Source: an uncultured Gemmatimonadales bacterium (GTDB lineage: Bacteria > Gemmatimonadota > Gemmatimonadetes > Gemmatimonadales > GWC2-71-9). From it: a stretch of DNA of 64,000 nucleotides. Numbering within the stretch: position 1 is the stretch's first letter; every line of letters begins with the position of its first letter. Both the position numbers and the translations under genes were made by a program. The notes beneath the pieces were generated by a model. It saw only the letters and a list, made by a program, of their open reading frames with translations, made no database searches and was not told where the DNA came from. The DNA lies in NCBI GenBank assembly GCA_963795085.1, contig CAWCFX010000003.1, forward strand, positions 192,001 to 256,000, in the 5' to 3' direction. This document shows positions 56,717 to 64,000 of the stretch, piece by piece.

Positions 56717-57216
56717 CTGCGGTAGTTCCCGAACTTGAGTTCGAGCCCGAAATCCTGCCCCCGCAGGAAAGCCATGACCTCCTGCAGATCGTCCCTGGAC
56801 GGGCTGGAGACCCGGATTTCCTCCCCCTGGATCGCGGCCTGCACCTTCTTAAAACCCTGGTCCCGGATCGCCTTGACGATCTTCTTGGAGGTTTCCTGGT
56901 CGATCCCCTGCTTCAGGTCGATCGTCTGCCGGACACTGCTGCCCGACGCCTGTTCCACCTCGGCAAACTTGAGGTTCTGCACCGGGACACCGCGCTTGAT
57001 CATCTTGGTCTGCAGGACATCCACCAGGGCCTTCAGCCGGTAGTCGTCATCCGCGGCCAGCTTGATGACGGCCTTCTCCCGGTCGAACTCGATAGTGCAA
57101 TGGGTGCCTTTGAAGTCGTACCGCTGGCCGATCTCCTTGAGCGCCTGGTTGACGGCGTTGTCTACTTCCTGGAGATCGGCACCGGTGGATACATCGAAGG
57201 AGGGATTGGCTGCCAT
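56713..57216 (-). CDS. yajQ: YajQ-family nucleotide/cyclic-di-GMP-binding protein
   Basis: PSFDVS..D.QEVDNAVNQ, RYDFKG, IQGEEIRVS, RDDLQ, FGNYR. Confidence 0.95.
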   Translation of the reverse strand: MAANPSFDVSTGADLQEVDNAVNQALKEIGQRYDFKGTHCTIEFDREKAVIKLAADDDYRLKALVDVLQTKMIKRGVPVQNLKFAEVEQASGSSVRQTIDLKQGIDQETSKKIVKAIRDQGFKKVQAAIQGEEIRVSSPSRDDLQEVMAFLRGQDFGLELKFGNYRS

Positions 57217-57230
57217 GACGGGGGAGCCCT

Positions 57231-58100
57231 TTACGTGAGGAAGCTTTCCAGTGCCTTGGCCCGGCTGACGTGGCGGAGGCGGGTCAACGCCTTTTCCTTG
57301 ATCTGGCGGACTCGCTCGCGGGTGATGCCGAGGCGGCTGCCGATCTCCTCGAGCGTCATCGGTTCGGGGCCGTCGAGTCCGAAATAGAGCCGAAGGATCT
57401 TGGCTTCACGCTCTTTGAGGGTCGACAGCACCTCCTCGATGGACTCGCTGAGGGCATGCTCGAAGGTTTCAAAGTCGGGGCCGGGGTTCTGGTTGTCCGG
57501 CAGGTAGTCGAGGAGCTTGTTATCCTCGCCCGGGGTCAGCGGCGCATCGAGCGAGAGATGGTTCTGGGAAATGGAGAGGGTTTTCTGGACCTCCTCCATC
57601 GAGATGTCCATGCCCTCGGCGATCTCCGAAGGCGTCGGCTCCCGGCCCAGTTCCTGGAGGAGCGCGGACGACCGCTTGCCGATCCGGTGCAGGGTTCCCG
57701 CCCGGTTCAGCGGCACCCGCACGATCCGGCTCTGCTCCGCCAGGGCCTGCAGGATGGCCTGGCGAATCCACCAGACCGCGTAGGAGATGAACTTGATGCC
57801 TTTGGTTTCGTCGAACTTGTGGGCGGCACGGATCAGGCCAAGGTTCCCCTCGTTAATGAGATCGGCGAGGCTGACACCCTGGTTCTGGTACTTCTTGGCC
57901 ACCGACACCACGAAGCGGAGATTGCTGCGGACCAGCTTGTCCAGGGCTTCCGCCTCGCCGGTGCGGATCCGCTGGGCGAGGTCGACTTCGTCGTCCTGGG
58001 AGATCAGGGGGTACTTGCTGATCTCCCGCAGGTACTGGTCGAGGGAGCCTTCGTCCGACGTGGGGCCGCGTCTTCCCGGGCCGATCTGCATTGGACGCAT
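57231..58100 (-). CDS. RpoD/RpoS-family sigma70 factor lacking region 1.1 (289 aa)
   Basis: LDQYLREI, NLRFVVSVAKKY, DLINEGNLGL, KFISYAVWWIRQ, TLEEIG..LGITRERVRQI. Confidence 0.95.
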   Translation of the reverse strand: MRPMQIGPGRRGPTSDEGSLDQYLREISKYPLISQDDEVDLAQRIRTGEAEALDKLVRSNLRFVVSVAKKYQNQGVSLADLINEGNLGLIRAAHKFDETKGIKFISYAVWWIRQAILQALAEQSRIVRVPLNRAGTLHRIGKRSSALLQELGREPTPSEIAEGMDISMEEVQKTLSISQNHLSLDAPLTPGEDNKLLDYLPDNQNPGPDFETFEHALSESIEEVLSTLKEREAKILRLYFGLDGPEPMTLEEIGSRLGITRERVRQIKEKALTRLRHVSRAKALESFLT

Positions 58101-58240
58101 GGTGCAATACCTCAGCGCGGCTGCTGCATGGACGAAACGAAAACGGATGGTTTGAAAAAAGCGGCGACTGACCCAGTCACGCTTCACCAGAACCTTACCC
58201 ACTCCCCGAGAGGAGCGCAACGGGTCTCCGCGACGATGTA

Positions 58241-58256
58241 TGTGAACTGGATCACA
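58241..58256. promoter_or_regulatory. Perfect CRP-type box upstream of the sigma factor gene
   Basis: TGTGA-actgga-TCACA; candidate minus-strand -10 TAAGGT at 58192-58197. Confidence 0.7.
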
Positions 58257-59745
58257 CTTCGTAAGTGTCGATCTGGGCCCGCTGGAGCTGGCCCGAGTAA
58301 TCGGCGTAGCAGACCTTGGTTTCCGAGTAGAAATGGAAGACCTCCCAGCCGCCTTCCCGGTGCCCGTTCCCGGTCTGCTTGACCCCGCCGAACGGCAGGT
58401 GCGCCTCGGCACCGATGGTCGGGGCATTGACGTAGGTAATCCCGTTGTCCAGGTCCCGCATCGCCCGGAAGGCCGCGCTGACATCCGCGGTGTAAATGGC
58501 ACTGGACAGCCCATAGCGAACGCCGTTGTTGACCCGGATCGCCTCGGCCAGGGACCCGACCCGGATGACGCTGAGCAGCGGCCCGAAGATTTCCTCCTGG
58601 GCCAGCCGGGAGCCGGGCTTGACCCCGGCAAACACGGTGGGCTGGTAGAAGAAGCCGTGCCGGGTGGCGGCGCTCCGGGGACGTTTTCCTCCGGTGACCA
58701 GTTCCGCCCCCTCCGCGCGGCCGATCTCGACGTATCGCTCGACCTTCTGGCGGGCCGCTTCATGGATCAGGGGCCCGACGTCGGTGCGGAGCTGGTGCCC
58801 GTCGCCCAGCCGCAACGCCTCGGCGGCCTCCACGACCCGACGGAGGAGGCGATCATGCACGGCGCGATGGACAATGAGCCGGCTGGTGGCGGTGCAGCGC
58901 TGCCCGGTGGTGCCGAAGGCACCCCACAGGACGCCCTCCAGCGCCAGGTCCAGGTCGGCATCGGCCATCACGATCATGGCGTTCTTGCCGCCCATTTCCA
59001 GCGAGAGCCGCTTGTGCATCCGGCCGCAGGTCTCGCCGATCATGGCGCCCGTCGCGGTGCTGCCGGTAAACGAAATCACCGGGACTTCGGGATGCTCGAC
59101 CAGGGCCCGGCCGGCAACCGCTCCCCGCCCGTGGACCAATTGAACCACGTCGGGCGGGAATCCCGCTTCCAGGACCAGTTCCACCAGGCGGTGGGAGGTA
59201 TGCGGGACGTCTTCGGACGGCTTGAGCACCACCGGGTTTCCGCACAGCAAGGCGGGGAACATCTTCCAGGTGGGGATGGCCAGGGGGAAGTTGAACGGCG
59301 TGATCAGCCCCGCCACGCCGATGGGCCGGCGATAGCTCATCGCCCACTTGTCCTGGAGTTCGGAGGGAACAGTATGGCCAAAGAGCCGCCGGCCCTCGGT
59401 GGCCGCATAGTAGGCGGTGTCGATGCCTTCCTGAACGTCGCCGCGGGTCTCGGCGAGCACTTTACCCATCTCCCGGGTCATGGACCGGGCCAGTGTTTCC
59501 TTGTTGGCGAGGAGCAGGTCGCCCAGCCGGCGAAGCAGGTCGCCACGAACCGGGGCCGGCGTGCGCGACCAGGCCGGGAAGGCGGCCTGGGCTGAGCGGA
59601 CCGCGGCGCGGACATCGGCGGGACCCGACTCCGGAAAACGCCCGACCAGGTCCCGGGTGTCCGCCGGATTCCGGTTCTCGAACCACGCCCCGGTGGAGGG
59701 ATCGACCCACTTGCCGCCGATCAGATTCTTGAAGGTCTTCGCCAC
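58252..59745 (-). CDS. Aldehyde dehydrogenase family protein
   Basis: ITPFNFP, FTGST, LEMGGKN, GQRCTA, EEIFGP, PFGGVK; start at GTG 59745 or 59799. Confidence 0.95.
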   Translation of the reverse strand: MAKTFKNLIGGKWVDPSTGAWFENRNPADTRDLVGRFPESGPADVRAAVRSAQAAFPAWSRTPAPVRGDLLRRLGDLLLANKETLARSMTREMGKVLAETRGDVQEGIDTAYYAATEGRRLFGHTVPSELQDKWAMSYRRPIGVAGLITPFNFPLAIPTWKMFPALLCGNPVVLKPSEDVPHTSHRLVELVLEAGFPPDVVQLVHGRGAVAGRALVEHPEVPVISFTGSTATGAMIGETCGRMHKRLSLEMGGKNAMIVMADADLDLALEGVLWGAFGTTGQRCTATSRLIVHRAVHDRLLRRVVEAAEALRLGDGHQLRTDVGPLIHEAARQKVERYVEIGRAEGAELVTGGKRPRSAATRHGFFYQPTVFAGVKPGSRLAQEEIFGPLLSVIRVGSLAEAIRVNNGVRYGLSSAIYTADVSAAFRAMRDLDNGITYVNAPTIGAEAHLPFGGVKQTGNGHREGGWEVFHFYSETKVCYADYSGQLQRAQIDTYEV

Positions 59746-59802
59746 GCTGCCCTTTCTCCCGCTCGCGTCTCGCACGTTCCGCACCCCCGTGTCCGTCACT
59801 CC

Positions 59803-60233
59803 TCAGGGGCACAGCCAACTCGCCGACTGCCGGGCATAACCGGTCCGCGGCAGCACCTCGCGGGCCACCAGGACCAGGCCCGCAAGCACGACCAGCATCG
59901 CCATGGTGTGGGCCAGCCCCATGCGGCGGCGCCAACTGGACAGCGCGCCCCAGAGCCCGGCGATCACGACCACGCCGGCCGCGCCCAGGTACAGGAAGAG
60001 CCAAAGGCCGCAGCCGTGGCTGTAGGGCCACTGGGTCATGCCCGCGGCCAGCAATCCGCCGAGGAGGACCTGGAACCAGGTGCCCAGGGCGGCCTTGCGC
60101 CCGCCCGGCGCCGGAAGGGTCCGGCCGGACGATGGAGCGGCGGGCACCGGGGCCGCCGCACCGGTCGGAGCCGGGCCCCGGGCGATGACCTTGTCGATCT
60201 CGGCCATTTCCTTGTCCCAGTCGCGGCCGGCGC

Positions 60234-60237
<4 letters not shown>
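59803..60237 (-). CDS. Hypothetical membrane protein (about 3 TMs)
   Basis: Overlaps the upstream stop (GTGA); RDWDKEMAEIDK N-terminus; hydrophobic segments. Confidence 0.75.
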
Positions 60238-61600
<1,363 letters not shown>

Positions 61601-61604
<4 letters not shown>

Positions 61605-62245
61605 GATTCGGTCGTCGATCCAAAGAGAGACACACCGCCGGGCCGGATCCGGACGGCTCGCAGGCCGCGGGGAACGACCAGGGGAACTTCCGACGAGTGC
61701 GACCCGAGCGCCTGCTCCAGGAGCCGGGGGATCATTTCACGGGGGAAAGGAAACCCGCCCAAGGCGAGACGGTCCACGATCCACACCGCCCGGCCTGGTT
61801 CAACCAGCTCCACCGTTCCCTCCGCGCTCAGGTGCTCCCGTTCGTCGACCATGGATTCGAGGGGGCCCAGCGCGTTCCGGGGAATCCGGTCGGTGAGCAG
61901 CGACGCCTCGATGCCGATCCGTCCCTCTTTCAGCACCACGGAGATGGAATCGACCTGGTGCCGAAAGGCCGGATCCAGCCCGGCGTGAACCAGCGACGCC
62001 ATCTCGGCGGCGGTCAGAACCACGGAGTCTGCCCGCCAGGCATTCAGCGAGTCAATCTTGTCGAGCGCACGCCGGGCCCCGCCATCGCTGGGATGGCCCA
62101 CCGCGTCCGCGGCAGCCGGGCCCCGGCCGGGGAATCGCTCGACGTAATCAAAGATCCGGTCCCGGTAGAGGTAGCCGGCGGCGACGACCAGGACCAGGCC
62201 CAGGCAGCCGAGCAGCCTGAAGGGAAGCGTCAGGCAGCCGCGCAT
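61601..62245 (-). CDS. Hypothetical protein with N-terminal membrane anchor
   Basis: ATGA overlap with the downstream regulator; single TM. Confidence 0.7.
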
Positions 62246-62799
62246 GGGGTCAGGGCGAAAGTGTGGAGAGCGCTGTACACGGATCCGCGGGAGCCCGGCC
62301 GGCTCTGGAACAGGACGATTTGGTCGGCGAGGAAGGGAATATCCGCCGGCTGGCTCACGCCTGCCATGGCCTCACGAGTGAGCCGGCTGCCCTCCTTCAC
62401 CCGGCCCAGCGTAATGTGGGGGCGGAAGGGCCGGCCCTCCACCGGGAATCCCAACGGCACACAGGCTCGCTCAATCGCATCCTGCAGCAATTCCAGGGAG
62501 CCGGGCGCTTCCAGCCCGATCCAGATGACCTTGGCCCGCTGCCCCAGGGGAAAGGTGGCCAGTCCGGTGGCGTTGAGCGCCATGGGGCCGATACCCTCCG
62601 TCGCCGACCGCAGCACGCCAGCCAGCGCTTCGGCCTGGTTCGGCTCGACGGAACCGAAGAACTTGAGGGTAAGGTGCAGCCCCTCCGGCCGAACCCAGCG
62701 CACCGGCCAGTCGCGGGAGGCAAGGTCTTCCAGGATGGCCGCCAGGAGAGAACGGGCCGGCTCCGGCACCGGCAATGCCGCGAAGAGCCGGATGCTCAC
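62230..62799 (-). CDS. thpR: RNA 2',3'-cyclic phosphodiesterase (2H family)
   Basis: RLFAAL, HLTLKF and FRPHITLGR (two HxT motifs); GTG start overlaps the larE stop. Confidence 0.93.
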   Translation of the reverse strand: MSIRLFAALPVPEPARSLLAAILEDLASRDWPVRWVRPEGLHLTLKFFGSVEPNQAEALAGVLRSATEGIGPMALNATGLATFPLGQRAKVIWIGLEAPGSLELLQDAIERACVPLGFPVEGRPFRPHITLGRVKEGSRLTREAMAGVSQPADIPFLADQIVLFQSRPGSRGSVYSALHTFALTPCAAA

Positions 62800-63599
62800 G
62801 GGGCGCCGAGCACGGTCAGCAGCGATCCCCGCCGGTACCCTCGCGGGTCCAACTCGACACCGGCGAGGCCCAGGCCGGTAAAGAACCGCTGGATGCGGTC
62901 CCAATCGGCTCGCATCGCCTGCTGCCCGGCAGCGCTCGCCTCGATGCGAACCCGGTCGCCATGATGGCGGACCCGGAGATCGCCCTCGATACCCAGGTCC
63001 CGGAGAAACGTCTCGCCCGCTTCGACCTGCTGGAGCCGTGCGGGCGTGACCGGGAGACCGTACTGGATCCGGCTCGATAGACAAGGGGAAGCAGGGGCGT
63101 CCCAGCATGGCAGATCGAGTTCGCGGGCTGCGGCGCGAACATCGTCCTTGGACCACCCCAGCTCCGCCAGCGGAGAGCGGACCGCGGTCTCCGCGGCAGC
63201 CTTGAGCCCGGGGCGGTGCTCGCCCAGATCATCCAGGTTGGTGCCATCGATAATGGTGTCGAAGCCGATCTCCCCAGCCACCCGGGCAAGCACCGACCAG
63301 AGTTCGCTCTTGCAGAAGTAGCAGCGGTTGACCGGGTTGGCGAGGTAGCGGGGATCTTCCATTTCGCGGGTTGCCGCTTCCCGCACCGGAACGCCGAACC
63401 GTTTCGCGATGGCGAGCGCCGTGGCGTACTGCGCCTCCGGGTAGGATGGACTCCGGCCGATGACCGCGAGGAAATGTTGCGGGCCGAGCGCCCGGGTCCC
63501 CGCCACGGCCAGCACCGCGGAGTCCACGCCGCCGGAGTAACCGAGCAGGATGCGGCCCAGGGTGGCCAGGTGAGATTGCAGGTCCGCGAGCGCGCGCAT
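62796..63599 (-). CDS. larE: ATP-dependent sulfur transferase, LarE family
   Basis: PP-loop SGGVDS, NRCYFCK, DGTNLDD..HRPG, SPCLSSRI. Confidence 0.9.
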   Translation of the reverse strand: MRALADLQSHLATLGRILLGYSGGVDSAVLAVAGTRALGPQHFLAVIGRSPSYPEAQYATALAIAKRFGVPVREAATREMEDPRYLANPVNRCYFCKSELWSVLARVAGEIGFDTIIDGTNLDDLGEHRPGLKAAAETAVRSPLAELGWSKDDVRAAARELDLPCWDAPASPCLSSRIQYGLPVTPARLQQVEAGETFLRDLGIEGDLRVRHHGDRVRIEASAAGQQAMRADWDRIQRFFTGLGLAGVELDPRGYRRGSLLTVLGAP

Positions 63600-63674
63600 G
63601 GCTGAAACGTAATCCTCCACCCCCGGTACGGAAGCGCCGTGCGACACCTCCGGTTCCCCGTTACGTTTCCGGTC

Positions 63675-64000
63675 GTGATCATTACTCCGGATCTCTCGGT
63701 CAGCGACGATGAACTCGTCTACCGGGCCACCCGTTCCGGCGGGCCTGGCGGCCAGCATGTCAACACCTCCTCGACCCGGATCGAGCTCCGGTGGGACCTC
63801 GACGGCAGCCCCAGCCTCGGCGAGGAGCAGCGGGCCTGGCTGCGCCAGCGGCTGGCTTCCCGGCTCGACTCTGCCGGACAGCTCCGCCTGGTGTCCACCG
63901 GAAGCCGGAGCCAGCTGCAGAACCGGAAAGACGTTACCGAGCGGTTTCGCGACCTCCTGGCCCGGGCAATGGTGGTGCCCCGTGCCCGCAAGAAGACCCG
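63675..64000 (+). CDS. arfB: Alternative ribosome-rescue peptidyl-tRNA hydrolase ArfB; runs off the window end
   Basis: Not in the ORF track; hand translation from GTG 63675 gives ...ATRSGGPGGQHVNTSSTRIELRWD...SRSQLQNR...PRARKKT. Confidence 0.93.
   Translation, partial: MIITPDLSVSDDELVYRATRSGGPGGQHVNTSSTRIELRWDLDGSPSLGEEQRAWLRQRLASRLDSAGQLRLVSTGSRSQLQNRKDVTERFRDLLARAMVVPRARKKT

Overview
A GC-rich (roughly 68-70% by eye), gene-dense chromosomal segment. Gene content and order suggest a Gemmatimonadota-like diderm, which is inference only. It holds about 59 CDSs and one tRNA-Gln(TTG). Most are housekeeping: ispE-tRNA-[TonB receptor]-prs-rplY-pth-ychF-rpsF-rpsR-rplI, smc, aroF, lolA, rpmE-prfA-prmC-tmk, pdxJ, trxA, rsmI, arfB. 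I saw no integrase, transposase, prophage or CRISPR array. The best candidate for an undescribed system is the co-directional locus at 45.8-52.6 kb: Crp/Fnr regulator, two tandem CRP-type boxes, MBL-fold hydrolase, secreted CsgG/TolB-N+TPR protein, MlaE permease, an MlaF-like ABC subunit with all catalytic motifs degenerate, an MCE/MlaD protein, and a pseudo-REC-GAF-HD-GYP phosphodiesterase. It may be an MCE envelope complex wired into cyclic-nucleotide signalling. A perfect TGTGA-N6-TCACA box upstream of a nearby short sigma70-yajQ operon may extend that regulon. Other notable items: a JAB-DinG fusion preceded by a leaderless 8-codon uORF, a His-less tandem Hpt-like protein, a metallopeptidase/propeller/Omp85 fusion, a DAK2-DegV fusion, several probable non-canonical or leaderless starts, and short intergenic tandem repeats. 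All calls come from motif recognition by eye; no searches were run.
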